From contig CAXXMD010000003.1 of assembly GCA_963675755.2 (NCBI GenBank), positions 288,001 through 352,000 on the forward strand: 64,000 nucleotides of DNA, written 5' to 3'. This document shows positions 23,415 to 32,992 of this stretch, piece by piece (within the stretch, counting starts at the first letter, position 1; each line of letters starts with the position of its first letter). The notes beneath the pieces are model-generated. The model saw nothing but the letters and a program-made list of their open reading frames with translations. It was not told the origin of the DNA and made no database searches. This DNA comes from a bacterium. Its GTDB lineage: Bacteria > Zhuqueibacterota > Zhuqueibacteria > Residuimicrobiales > Krinioviventaceae. Both the position numbers and the translations under genes were made by a program.

Positions 23415-23961
23415 TTACCTGTTCGCTCTCTTTACCTTCTGCAACCATTACCCGAGCCGGTCTGATTAATCTGCCTTTTAACTGATAACCACGCTGCCAT
23501 ACCTGAAGAATTTCACCCGGTTTTGCTTCATCGGTTTTTTCCAGGCGTACAGCTTCGTGCATCTCGGGATCAAAAAGTACATTTTCAGTTTCTACTGTTT
23601 CCAGACCCAATTTCTCAAGAATTGAAAACATTTTATCATATATCATTTTTACGCCCTGTACCGGCAGATGCTCTTTATCATCCGTGTTGTGCAAAAACAG
23701 ATAATCAAAATCATCCATAACCGGCAGCAGCTCGCTGATAACATTGCGGACAGAATTGTCTGCCCAATCGCTCTGCATTTTTTCCATGCGACGCTTGTAA
23801 TTTATAAATTCTGCCTGCAATCTTTGCAGCTGCTCGAGATAATTGGTATTTTCATCACTCCCCGAGGGTGAGGCTTCCTGTTCTGTCACTTCTTCACTCA
23901 TCGGGGCGTTCATTTCATTTTCTTCATTAACCTTTTTTTCTTCAGTATTATTGCCGCTCAT
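23407..23961 (-). CDS. grpE: Nucleotide exchange factor GrpE
   Basis: RLQAEFINYKRR, LLPVMDDF, FDPEMHEAV, QRGY...IRPARV. Confidence 0.95.
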   Translation of the reverse strand: MSGNNTEEKKVNEENEMNAPMSEEVTEQEASPSGSDENTNYLEQLQRLQAEFINYKRRMEKMQSDWADNSVRNVISELLPVMDDFDYLFLHNTDDKEHLPVQGVKMIYDKMFSILEKLGLETVETENVLFDPEMHEAVRLEKTDEAKPGEILQVWQRGYQLKGRLIRPARVMVAEGKESEQVNE

Positions 23962-24005
23962 TTTTCTCCCTTACAAATCGTTATATATTTCATTACAGAA
24001 CTATA

Positions 24006-24021
24006 TGCAAGCCTTGTGCCA
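24006..24021 (-). promoter_or_regulatory. Sigma54 (-24/-12) promoter of grpE-dnaJ
   Basis: Minus strand TGGCAC-AAGGC-TTGCA, a perfect consensus match. Confidence 0.8.
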
Positions 24022-24103
24022 CTAAAAAAAATCGATATAACATACTATTTTTAAATAAATTAAACAAACTCACACAATCAATCAACTCAAGCAATCATGT
24101 CAT

Positions 24104-24127
24104 AATGTCTGCCAATTTGACATAATT
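24104..24127. promoter_or_regulatory. Putative enhancer (bEBP site) upstream of grpE
   Basis: AATGTCTGCCAATTTGACATAATT with TGCCA-N3-TGACA dyad; shared with the dnaK upstream region. Confidence 0.6.
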
Positions 24128-24131
24128 ACAT

Positions 24132-24162
24132 AAAAAAAGGAGAGATAAAATCCCTCCTTTTT
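24132..24162 (-). terminator. Intrinsic terminator after the zinc metallopeptidase gene
   Basis: AAAAAGGAG...CTCCTTTTT hairpin with flanking A/T runs. Confidence 0.6.
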
Positions 24163-24185
24163 AAAATGGATATTTTAAAATAAAC

Positions 24186-24863
24186 TCAATCATCGCCACG
24201 TAAAAGGATCAATCGCAAGAGCTGCAATACTGCCATTGCAGCAGCTGCTACATATGTTAAAGCTGCAGCATCCAGCACTTTCTTAGCTCCCTGCACTTCA
24301 TCCTGACGCAGATAACCACCATTACTCAACTGGGCCATTGCCCTGCTGCTGGCATTAAACTCTACCGGAAGCGTAACCAGATGGAACAGAACCGCACCGG
24401 CAAATACAATAATTCCCAGGTCAATCAACGGTTTCATGCTGAACAGGAAACCGATAAAAAACATAGGAATGCCCAAAGTTGAGCCCAAATTGGCTACAGG
24501 AAAAATCGTCTGCCGCCAGCTCAAAGGCGCATACGATAAACTATCTTGAATGGCATGACCGGTTTCATGCGCTGCTACACCCAACGCAGCAAGTGATGAT
24601 GAATGATATACATCACTTGACAGGCGCAGTTTTTTACTACGAGAGTCATAATGGTCCGTTAACGAACCTGGCGTTTCCTCTACAGTAACATCATAAATAT
24701 TATTTCTCTGTAATAAACTTTGTGCAACCTGCGCACCTGTCATACCTGATGCCGCTCTACGCTTACTCATCTCATTAAAAGCACTCTTTACTTTAAATTG
24801 TGCATAAATTGTCAACGCAAGCGCCGGCAATATCAATATCATTGTAGAATCAAAGAAAAACAT
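24186..24863 (-). CDS. Membrane zinc metallopeptidase, YugP (Zn_peptidase_2) family
   Basis: LTDHYD, VAAHETGHAIQD (HExxH), TLPVEFNASSRA, AAALTYVA. Confidence 0.92.
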   Translation of the reverse strand: MFFFDSTMILILPALALTIYAQFKVKSAFNEMSKRRAASGMTGAQVAQSLLQRNNIYDVTVEETPGSLTDHYDSRSKKLRLSSDVYHSSSLAALGVAAHETGHAIQDSLSYAPLSWRQTIFPVANLGSTLGIPMFFIGFLFSMKPLIDLGIIVFAGAVLFHLVTLPVEFNASSRAMAQLSNGGYLRQDEVQGAKKVLDAAALTYVAAAAMAVLQLLRLILLRGDD

Positions 24864-24913
24864 ATTTCCTCCATATCATTTAAATATTTGATGCACATAC
24901 TATACAACAAGTT

Positions 24914-25111
24914 TCACTTGACAGAAAAAATTTTCATTTTTCTGCCGGGAACCAATAACATCAAACCATATACAATCAAAAGAATTCCGGGTATTATCGG
25001 CAAAACCAATCCCAGTATTCCAATTAACAATAGAGGAATTGCATACAAGGACCGAGTTTTGCGAAAATCACGAATCTCTTCTTTCAACTTTTTCTTTGCC
25101 CGAATTTTCAA
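24914..25111 (-). CDS. Small membrane protein
   Basis: GILGLVLPIIPGILLI hairpin TM; start overlaps the upstream stop. Confidence 0.6.
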   Translation of the reverse strand: MKIRAKKKLKEEIRDFRKTRSLYAIPLLLIGILGLVLPIIPGILLIVYGLMLLVPGRKMKIFSVK

Positions 25112-25755
25112 ATAAAATCCTTTATTACCTTATCCAATTCCTTTTCGTAGCCTGACAACCGTTTTTGTCTGTATTCCATTTCCTCGTTTTTGGTTTTTAA
25201 CGATATTAAACGCTCCTGCTGCAAAATGGTTTCACTAATTCCGGCACCGGGACTAAAATATCGCTGATAAAGCAGCATTCCTGCCAGTACAACAATGCCC
25301 AAAATCAAAGCCAAATAAAAGAAAACAGAACGGTCAAATTGCGCCCAGATAAACATACCCGTTATATACAAAAGGGTACACAAAATCTGGAAAATCAACA
25401 TGGATTGTTTCCGGATTTTGTATACCCTCACATCTTTTTGGATCTGATGGATCTGTTCTTTTAGCTCTGCAATGGTCTGAATTTCGTTCTTTATTCGATT
25501 TTCAAGTGACAAGAGCGATACATCTTTGCGCATATTGATAATGTCACGCATAATTTGCGCTTTTTCAGATTTGGGATTTTTATCAATAGCGATTCGATTA
25601 AAATACAAAGCCTGTTCAAGGTCACCATCTTTGAGTTTGTTTACGGAAAGATTGTGATAGACATAATCTGGCAGCCATTTTTTGTTCTCTGCAAATTTAT
25701 AACCCAGTCTGAACAAACCAATGGTAACAAAGGATGGAATTACAGGAAAAGGCAT
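25108..25755 (-). CDS. Hypothetical membrane protein (TPR-like helix, coiled coil, 2 TM)
   Basis: 215-aa ORF with RBS in a tightly packed operon. Confidence 0.65.
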   Translation of the reverse strand: MPFPVIPSFVTIGLFRLGYKFAENKKWLPDYVYHNLSVNKLKDGDLEQALYFNRIAIDKNPKSEKAQIMRDIINMRKDVSLLSLENRIKNEIQTIAELKEQIHQIQKDVRVYKIRKQSMLIFQILCTLLYITGMFIWAQFDRSVFFYLALILGIVVLAGMLLYQRYFSPGAGISETILQQERLISLKTKNEEMEYRQKRLSGYEKELDKVIKDFI

Positions 25756-25768
25756 TTTTCACGCTCCC

Positions 25769-26077
25769 TTATTTCAGGGCCAACGCTCTTTCTAAATATT
25801 CTACTGCCTTTGGGTATTTTTCACGTACCTGTTCCCATTCCTGTTCTGACAAATCTTTGGGCTCTTTACCGGTAACCGTTTTAGCACCATCATATGCCAA
25901 TTGGATCAAATCTTTATTGGCATTCATAACACCCAGGGTTGCTCCGGCAGCTTCAAGTACACCATCAATAAAATCAACACCCATAGCGGATTCCAATCCG
26001 CGTTCTACAATAAATCCCGCAATGCCGCCAACAGCACCGTGCGTTACACTCTTTTTTATACGTTCAATTTTGCTCAT
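25769..26077 (-). CDS. Hypothetical protein with Gly-rich hydrophobic segments
   Basis: 102-aa ORF, GGAGG RBS, GAVGGIAG motif. Confidence 0.65.
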   Translation of the reverse strand: MSKIERIKKSVTHGAVGGIAGFIVERGLESAMGVDFIDGVLEAAGATLGVMNANKDLIQLAYDGAKTVTGKEPKDLSEQEWEQVREKYPKAVEYLERALALK

Positions 26078-26288
26078 TCTTCTTTTTTTCCTCCGTTTCT
26101 ATAGTTTTCAGGGATTTTTTAATTAAATCATCCTTTTTCTGGATGATACCCTGTAAACGCCGAACCTCCCTTTCCAGTTCCCTTAAACGCTTGTTGCCAA
26201 AAATCATTCCATAGATCTTTTCAACAATGATCAAAACTGCAATAGCGATCACAATTCCAAATACAAAACTAAGAACATCCAACTGCAT
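26064..26288 (-). CDS. Small single-TM coiled-coil protein
   Basis: 74-aa ORF directly abutting the upstream stop; TM followed by a heptad pattern. Confidence 0.65.
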   Translation of the reverse strand: MQLDVLSFVFGIVIAIAVLIIVEKIYGMIFGNKRLRELEREVRRLQGIIQKKDDLIKKSLKTIETEEKKKNEQN

Positions 26289-27182
26289 TTAAACTCTCTC
26301 TATTGTTTGTTCAGGTTCCGGCGCCAGCTTTTTAACCATGATCAGACGATTTTCACCTTCAGGCATGATTTTATAGCTAACTTCATCCATAGAACGTTTA
26401 ATAATGGGTAAACCCATTCCACCACGTTTACGATTATCAACAGCTTCTTCGGCATCAAATATCACCAAATTATCTACATTAAAGCCGTCTCCTTTATCAT
26501 ACACCGTAATACGTAAAATATTCGGATAGGTTTCTACTCCTACCTTGACTGATTTTGTAGGATCAGAATGATAAGCATGTTCAATCACATTAATACATGC
26601 CTCATAAACTGATATTTTAATTTTACTTACATCAGCATCACCAAAACCCATATTTCTCGATATATTAACAACAAAATCACATGCTTTATATAATGAATCT
26701 ACCTTGCTGGGAATTTCAATAAAAACCTGACTTACAGCCTGCCCTTGATGAATTGATTCCATCATTCGGTTATCAATCTCTATCTCTTCATCAAAGTCTA
26801 CCTGTTTTGCAGACAAAATCCGCTCTTCAAAGCGATTAAGAGCTGTATTTTCAAAAACTTCATCGGCTAGATAACTGAACGGCTCAAATATTTCAAAATC
26901 CCGACGCGCGTTATCCGAGATGTTTAACAGATTGACATCTCCGCCCATGCGCCTGGCTTTGGCTGTTATTTCAAAAATAGCAACAATCAGACTGGGTGGC
27001 AATTCATCCAGATTGGCCAGGTCAAATAAAAAGAATTTCTTGTTGTCACGCAGACAGCTGTCAAATGCCGTTAAAATCTCTGGTACCAAAGAAATATCTT
27101 TGGCATTTACCAAAGGTTTTAATTTTATAATTTCCTCAAAAGCACTGACGTTACTAATTTCTACCAGTTCTTTTTCCATCAA
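26289..27182 (-). CDS. STAS domain + anti-sigma factor (RsbW-like HATPase) fusion
   Basis: N-terminal STAS-like fold (FDLANL...GGDVNL); C-terminal EACINVIEHAY, DKGDGF, GGMGL..I...MDEV. Confidence 0.8.
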   Translation of the reverse strand: MMEKELVEISNVSAFEEIIKLKPLVNAKDISLVPEILTAFDSCLRDNKKFFLFDLANLDELPPSLIVAIFEITAKARRMGGDVNLLNISDNARRDFEIFEPFSYLADEVFENTALNRFEERILSAKQVDFDEEIEIDNRMMESIHQGQAVSQVFIEIPSKVDSLYKACDFVVNISRNMGFGDADVSKIKISVYEACINVIEHAYHSDPTKSVKVGVETYPNILRITVYDKGDGFNVDNLVIFDAEEAVDNRKRGGMGLPIIKRSMDEVSYKIMPEGENRLIMVKKLAPEPEQTIERV

Positions 27183-28834
27183 AAACTGTTTTCCTTTAAT
27201 TGTCGTTTCATCACTTTGCCCAGAAAATTACGTGGAAACCTTTCAACAAATTCAAATGAACGCGGTACTTTATATTTTGCCAATCGTTCCCGGCAATATG
27301 CTTCCAGTTCCTTTTTATCAGGTTTTTCTGCGTCCTTTAAAACCAAAAACGCCTTTACTACCTGACCGTAATAATCGTCTTCAACACCCACTACAGCGGC
27401 TTCTTTAACCTGTGGATGGTCACTCAAGACCATCTCAATTTCTGCAGGATAAATACTTTCTCCACCATAAAATATAATATCTTTTTTGCGGTCTGCAATA
27501 CAAAAAAATCCATCCGGATCAATACTTGCTAAATCTCCGGTTTTTAACCACCCATCAACCATCTTTACATGGTTTGTCTCCTCAGGACTTTGCCAATATT
27601 CTAACATAACCTGGGGACCTTTGACTTCAAGCTCTCCAATTTCACCCGCAGGCAATTCTTTACCACTTTCAACATCGACTATACGGGCATCAGTATTAGG
27701 CCAGGGTATACCAATACTTTTTTCTTTCCGCTTCCCATAAACAGGGTTACAGTGCGTAATGGGAGAAGCCTCGGTTAAACCATAACCTTCAATCAACTTG
27801 GCGCCGGTCAACGCTTCAAACTCTTGCTGAATCTTTAGCGGCAAGGGTGCACCACCACTTATACATACCCTAACAGGTAATGATTTTATTTCTCTACGTT
27901 TCAGTTCTTCTATCATTGCTGAATACATTGTTGGTACTCCTGGAAAAATACCAACTTTGTATTTAATTATATCGTCAAGAATCCGTTTCACGTTATAACG
28001 AGGATATAACAACAAAACAGATTGTGTTTGAACAGCCAAATGATGACAAGCTGTCATACCGTAACTATGTATCAAGGGCAAAGCACCTACAATTACTTCT
28101 TTGCTCACCTGAAAATCAGTAATCCAATAACGCGCTTGCAAAGCGTTGGCCACCAGATTACGGTGTGTCAAAACAGCAGCCTTGGGCGTGCCGGTTACAC
28201 CTCCGGTAAAAATCAAAACCGCAGGGTCTTGCGGCGAGATTGCTTCCGGCTCAAGGTCTTTATGTTCGTTTAAAAGTTCACGAAACAGCAAAACAGGCAG
28301 CTTTTTATAAGTCTCTTTTTGCTCATTCACAAACTGTTTTTTAATTTGAAACGCCACATTCATGAAAAATGGCATATATGTCTCTAAACCAGCTGCAATA
28401 ATATATTTCAAGCGACTTTTGCTAAATATTTCATCAATTTTATTCAACTGCCTGTCAAGAACAATAGCAATATCCGCTCCACTTGTTTGTACCTGGTGTA
28501 AAAGTTCCCGCGGGGTCAATAATGGATTTACAAGAACACATATTGCGCCCAATTTCAATACAGCCCAATATGCAATTACAAATTGTGGTATATTGGGTAA
28601 AGCCAGTACAACACGGTCCCCTTTTTTGACTCCAACAGACAATAAACCCAAAGCAAACCTATCCACCAAATTCTGCAGATGTAAATAGCTGATATGCTTG
28701 CCAAAATATGCAAGCGCGGTCTGTTCAGGTGCCAACCTTGTCGCATCTACCAGAAAGCGATTCAATGTTATATCCGGGATTTCCAAAGTCTTGGGTACAC
28801 CGGACTCATAATTTTTAAACCAGACTTTATCCAT
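27179..28834 (-). CDS. fadD: Long-chain fatty acid--CoA ligase
   Basis: FTGGVTGTPK, EGYGLTEASP, GWLKTGD, YKVPR. Confidence 0.88.
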   Translation of the reverse strand: MDKVWFKNYESGVPKTLEIPDITLNRFLVDATRLAPEQTALAYFGKHISYLHLQNLVDRFALGLLSVGVKKGDRVVLALPNIPQFVIAYWAVLKLGAICVLVNPLLTPRELLHQVQTSGADIAIVLDRQLNKIDEIFSKSRLKYIIAAGLETYMPFFMNVAFQIKKQFVNEQKETYKKLPVLLFRELLNEHKDLEPEAISPQDPAVLIFTGGVTGTPKAAVLTHRNLVANALQARYWITDFQVSKEVIVGALPLIHSYGMTACHHLAVQTQSVLLLYPRYNVKRILDDIIKYKVGIFPGVPTMYSAMIEELKRREIKSLPVRVCISGGAPLPLKIQQEFEALTGAKLIEGYGLTEASPITHCNPVYGKRKEKSIGIPWPNTDARIVDVESGKELPAGEIGELEVKGPQVMLEYWQSPEETNHVKMVDGWLKTGDLASIDPDGFFCIADRKKDIIFYGGESIYPAEIEMVLSDHPQVKEAAVVGVEDDYYGQVVKAFLVLKDAEKPDKKELEAYCRERLAKYKVPRSFEFVERFPRNFLGKVMKRQLKENSF

Positions 28835-28909
28835 GAATTCAGCAAATATTATGAAACGGATTCATTTTATAATTTTTTAAATATAAAATATTTTTTTGAT
28901 AAAAACAAC

Positions 28910-30433
28910 TCAGATAAAAGATTCGGGACCCTGTTGTAATACGGTAACATAGATACCTTTAGTACCAACTAACGGACATTTGTTCTCACAAATTCCACAG
29001 CCAGTGCATAAATCCTGATTTACATAAGGAAATTTTACTGTCGCCAGACTACCATCAGGTTTTTCAACCTCTTTAATATCGAACTTGATCGCTTTCTCGG
29101 GCAAGGGACAATGTTCTTCGCATACCAGGCAATCTTTGAGATTGTACCAGGGTATACAAATATCCTTGTTAAAATATGCGGTTCCCATCTTTATCTTTTG
29201 TTTTTCTTTTAACGATAGATTTTGTATAGCACCAGTTGGGCAAATCTTCCCGCAAAGATTACAACTAAATTCACAATACCCGGATGAAAAATCCAATACA
29301 GGGGACCAAAACCCTTCAATCCCAGCCTTTAAAACGGCTGGCTGCAAACATCCGCCAGTCGAAGAACAAATTTTCACACATTCCTGGCATCGGATGCACC
29401 GATCGAGAAAATCCTGTTCATCCAGCGAACCAGGGGGTCTTAAAGGGGCATTACCTGAAACTGCCTGTCGGGTAGTGCTGAGCACAATGGCGCCCACAAC
29501 TCCCGTTGTACCGGCTTGTAAAAAATGGCGTTTGCTCAAATCAATTTTATTATTATCATTGGGTTTGGAAAAACGAAACGATATTGATCCCGGTTTACAA
29601 GTATCCACACAATCAGCACACTCGATACACTCTACAACATGACTCGAGTAATCATCTTCAATTGCATTCATTTTGCAAAGCGACAAACATTTTCCGCACT
29701 GGTTACAGGTTGAATCAACGTAACGATTTAAAATCCGGAATTTTGAAAAAAGACCAAGCAACGCTCCCAGGGGACAAATATTCCGGCACCAGAAACGTTT
29801 ACTAATTATTGTGGCAATAAGGATTAATAAGAATAATAAAAGCACTAAAATACTGGAATTAAATGTCGGCTGTCGAAGAGGTAAAACAGATTGCTGTAAC
29901 AAATCATAGGTCCAATATACCGGTTCGTCCAAAAACCCAACTCTGAATAGTATGTTAAACAATCCATTCACCACCCAAACGAATGCCGGAAAAACCGTCA
30001 AAGTAAACGTTCGGGTAAGCAAAGCAATAGGATCAAAAAACCATACAAATTGAACTGAAAATAAAGATGCCAATAATATAAAAATTAAAATATAAAATTT
30101 TAAATTACGGAGCTTTTTATCTCTAAATGAATTTGAAATGTTTCTTTTTTTTACAAAATATTTATCATTTATATCTATCAGAGTGCCCAGGGGACAAATC
30201 CAACCGCAAAAAAACCTGCCAAATGGGATTGTTAACAAGAGTATAAATATCCCTGGTAATAGCAATAATCCCAGGGAGCGTGATGATAAAGCAGTTACCA
30301 ATCCTATCAATGGATCAAAACGTAAAAACAGATCAGAAGGGACCCGTGTCCCATAAGGAAAACGGGCAAGAAAAAACAAGCCGAGAAAAAATAGCAAAAA
30401 CAGGATTTGAGAGATTCTGCGAAATCGTTTCAA
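28910..30433 (-). CDS. Membrane polyferredoxin (NapH/MauN + NapG/MauM-like fusion)
   Basis: GRFFCGWICPLG, RFWCRNICPLG, several CxxCxxCxxxC motifs, LRPPG. Confidence 0.85.
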   Translation of the reverse strand: MKRFRRISQILFLLFFLGLFFLARFPYGTRVPSDLFLRFDPLIGLVTALSSRSLGLLLLPGIFILLLTIPFGRFFCGWICPLGTLIDINDKYFVKKRNISNSFRDKKLRNLKFYILIFILLASLFSVQFVWFFDPIALLTRTFTLTVFPAFVWVVNGLFNILFRVGFLDEPVYWTYDLLQQSVLPLRQPTFNSSILVLLLFLLILIATIISKRFWCRNICPLGALLGLFSKFRILNRYVDSTCNQCGKCLSLCKMNAIEDDYSSHVVECIECADCVDTCKPGSISFRFSKPNDNNKIDLSKRHFLQAGTTGVVGAIVLSTTRQAVSGNAPLRPPGSLDEQDFLDRCIRCQECVKICSSTGGCLQPAVLKAGIEGFWSPVLDFSSGYCEFSCNLCGKICPTGAIQNLSLKEKQKIKMGTAYFNKDICIPWYNLKDCLVCEEHCPLPEKAIKFDIKEVEKPDGSLATVKFPYVNQDLCTGCGICENKCPLVGTKGIYVTVLQQGPESFI

Positions 30434-30463
30434 GCGAAAATTCCAAAAGATTATATTATTGAA

Positions 30464-31381
30464 TTATGCAGATAAATCGATCGAACGAATATTTAATTTT
30501 TCAAGATCAGCCACACCCAACCCGCGAGAAGCAGCATTTTGTAAATATTCCAGTTCCTGTGGGTGAATTCCAAACAAATCAGCAGCACAAGCGTCAGCAG
30601 CCACACGGTCAGCGGATACTATCACTGTTTTCTTTTCTTCAACATCATTAATATTACCACCTGAAGGACCATTTCGCAACAGAACCCGGTAAGCATCTAT
30701 AATAGTAAGGGTAGTATGTATTCCTGTATTCACATCAACAATCGCGGTATGAAAATCGCGGTGTAATTGTCCTCGGTCACCACCCAAAACACCCATAATA
30801 TTTTTCATACCCAAAGTTAATCTGGAAACCGTATGATCTTTGGCTATGGGTATATTGATTAAAACATCAAAATCCAATACATCTTTATAAACAGGCCATT
30901 TTTTTATTAATACACCCTGGGGCAAATCCACATCAATAAAACGGCTGTCAACAACATGGCGAACCTGTGCACCTGCATCTTTGGCGGCTTTTTCAATACC
31001 GCTATTTAGATAGCATCGCTTTGGTTCATTGCAGGTACGATCCAAAACCCTTATCCGCTTAGCACCTTGTTCTTTACACATTTTAACAACCTGGGCAACA
31101 ATTTCAGGATTTGTATTGGCAGCCTGTTCGGGTAAACGGTCCCACCCAATATTGGGCTTAATCAATACAGATTGTCCTTTTTTAACAAAGCTCTGCATTC
31201 CCCCAAGATTATCAATAGCATGTTTTACAAGTGTGGCTGGATTGGCATTTTGCGTTATTACAACATGAGGAAATGATTGGTTATCAGACTGACCCGCAGC
31301 TAGGGCATAAACTCCCAACCCTGTTATTGTAGCAGTTTTTATAAAATGTCTACGGTCTAATTCCTGCAAAACAGACCTCAT
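30464..31381 (-). CDS. DUF362 family protein with Tat signal
   Basis: LDRRHFIK twin-arginine; VLIKPNIGWDR, TNP, TLGMKNIMG, DRVAAD. Confidence 0.88.
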   Translation of the reverse strand: MRSVLQELDRRHFIKTATITGLGVYALAAGQSDNQSFPHVVITQNANPATLVKHAIDNLGGMQSFVKKGQSVLIKPNIGWDRLPEQAANTNPEIVAQVVKMCKEQGAKRIRVLDRTCNEPKRCYLNSGIEKAAKDAGAQVRHVVDSRFIDVDLPQGVLIKKWPVYKDVLDFDVLINIPIAKDHTVSRLTLGMKNIMGVLGGDRGQLHRDFHTAIVDVNTGIHTTLTIIDAYRVLLRNGPSGGNINDVEEKKTVIVSADRVAADACAADLFGIHPQELEYLQNAASRGLGVADLEKLNIRSIDLSA

Positions 31382-31396
31382 TTTTGATTAAAAACA

Positions 31397-31421
31397 AAAA
31401 AGGCCCGCAAGAGCGGGCCTT
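31397..31421 (-). terminator. Intrinsic terminator
   Basis: AAGGCCCGC...GCGGGCCTT hairpin followed by T-run on the minus strand. Confidence 0.75.
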
Positions 31422-31427
31422 GAAATT

Positions 31428-32450
31428 TTATAAACCTTTTTCAATCAACTCTAGCTCATATTGAGCACTCTTGCGCCAACGGCTATCCCGTTCAGCAGCC
31501 TGAAAGAACTGCTTGGCTTGCGCAATATCACCAAGAGCTTTACTGGCAACACCTGCTTCGTAATTGGCACCACCCTTATAATTTGCAGGTTTTACCAAAC
31601 AAGCTTTTGCTGCTGCAAGTGCTTCTGTATAATTACCTTGTTTATTATAAGCAGTAGCAAGTTGAAAATTTGTACGTGCATCATCCGCTTTAACAGCTAG
31701 AGCATTTTGTAATGCCATAATAGCATCATCAAGTTTACCCATTTCAATAAAAGTTTCACCCATCTGGGTAAATGCTTTAATGTAATTTGGTTTTACCTGA
31801 GTTGCCATTCTTAAATATTTGATGGCTTCTTCAAAAGATTTGGTCTTGTTGTAAACAAGTGCAAGATTGTACATTGAAGATTCGCTTTGTGGATTAAGTT
31901 CAATAGATTTTTTATAAGCTTCTATCGATTTATCAAATTGACGCAAGCGATTATAGGCGTTACCCATTGCAGCATAAGCCATATCATAACTTGGATCAAT
32001 CTCTACAGCTTGTTGAAAAGCTTCAACTGAATTTTCAAATTGTTTCAACTTGTTATAACTGAGACCTTTACCATAAAGTGCCTTACTATAATTAGCATCA
32101 AGTTTCAACGCTGCATCATACTTGGCAATTGCTGCATCATACTGACCTTTTTTGTATAATGTATTTGCCTCGTTATAAGCTTTTTTTGCATTGTTTATTT
32201 TTTCCATTGCGGCAACGTCTTGCTCTAACTTTGATTTCAGTTCCTGCAATTCTTTTTGAGCTTGATTATACTGCGGCAACAATGCATCGTATTCTTCCTT
32301 TTTAATGCCGGGTTTCGACATCTTTGCAGTAATCTCTTTTACTTCTCTAGCTTTGTCATTATACTGTTGCTGCAGGTCTTGTGCTAAACCTGTCGATACT
32401 AAAACGAGAATTGCCATCAAAATAACAGCACCGATGTTTTTTCTCATCAT
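31428..32450 (-). CDS. Secreted TPR-repeat protein
   Basis: Signal peptide and about 7 TPR repeats. Confidence 0.85.
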   Translation of the reverse strand: MMRKNIGAVILMAILVLVSTGLAQDLQQQYNDKAREVKEITAKMSKPGIKKEEYDALLPQYNQAQKELQELKSKLEQDVAAMEKINNAKKAYNEANTLYKKGQYDAAIAKYDAALKLDANYSKALYGKGLSYNKLKQFENSVEAFQQAVEIDPSYDMAYAAMGNAYNRLRQFDKSIEAYKKSIELNPQSESSMYNLALVYNKTKSFEEAIKYLRMATQVKPNYIKAFTQMGETFIEMGKLDDAIMALQNALAVKADDARTNFQLATAYNKQGNYTEALAAAKACLVKPANYKGGANYEAGVASKALGDIAQAKQFFQAAERDSRWRKSAQYELELIEKGL

Positions 32451-32493
32451 AATTCAATCCTTTAGTTTTGTTTCCCTGACCAATTTTACAATG

Positions 32494-32577
32494 TGCCGAA
32501 GGCGGGATTTGAACCCGCACGCCCGGACAGGCACTACCCCCTCAAGATAGCGTGTCTACCAATTCCACCACTTCGGC
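32494..32577 (-). tRNA. tRNA-Leu(GAG)
   Basis: GCCGAAG acceptor, TGGTGGAATTGGTAGAC D-arm, CTATC-TTGAGGG-GGTAG anticodon arm, long variable arm, GGTTCAAATCC; CCA not encoded. Confidence 0.95.
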
Positions 32578-32590
32578 AAAGAACATTTTT

Positions 32591-32968
32591 TTAATTTGCA
32601 TCAGGCTGCGGTTGAGCTGCCGGAATTGTTTCTTGCGGCAATGGCTCTGCAACCTCAGGCAATGTACGTGCAGGTGATGACATTCTGCGTTGACGTTCCT
32701 GTTCAACCAGTCCCTGACCAACTTCACCGCCACGGGTAACCATACCCAACAACAGTGCTATAACCATGAACATAGTGACCAGAATGGTTGTCATACGAGT
32801 CAGAAAAGGTGCTGATCCTTTACCACCAAAAACAGAACCCATAGAATCTACACCACCAAAAGCACCACCTGCCAGTCCGCCACCTTTACCAGACTGGATC
32901 AAAACCACAAATACCAAAAGTAGTGCCGATATTACAAAAATAACTGTTAAAATAGTCTGAATAATCAT
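32591..32968 (-). CDS. secG: Preprotein translocase subunit SecG
   Basis: VLIQSGKGGGLAG...FLTRMT; tpiA-secG-tRNA-Leu synteny. Confidence 0.92.
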   Translation of the reverse strand: MIIQTILTVIFVISALLLVFVVLIQSGKGGGLAGGAFGGVDSMGSVFGGKGSAPFLTRMTTILVTMFMVIALLLGMVTRGGEVGQGLVEQERQRRMSSPARTLPEVAEPLPQETIPAAQPQPDAN

Positions 32969-32992
32969 TATTACCTCAGTAAATTAAAGCAT

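Noticed and set aside
20420-24180. CIRCE/HrcA or sigma32 control of the chaperone genes
   Set aside because: No TTAGCACTC-N9-GAGTGCTAA found and no hrcA in the window; sigma54 elements explain these regions better
32494-32577. tRNA-Leu as an integration site for an island
   Set aside because: No integrase or duplicated tRNA 3' end seen, and the flanking genes are ordinary
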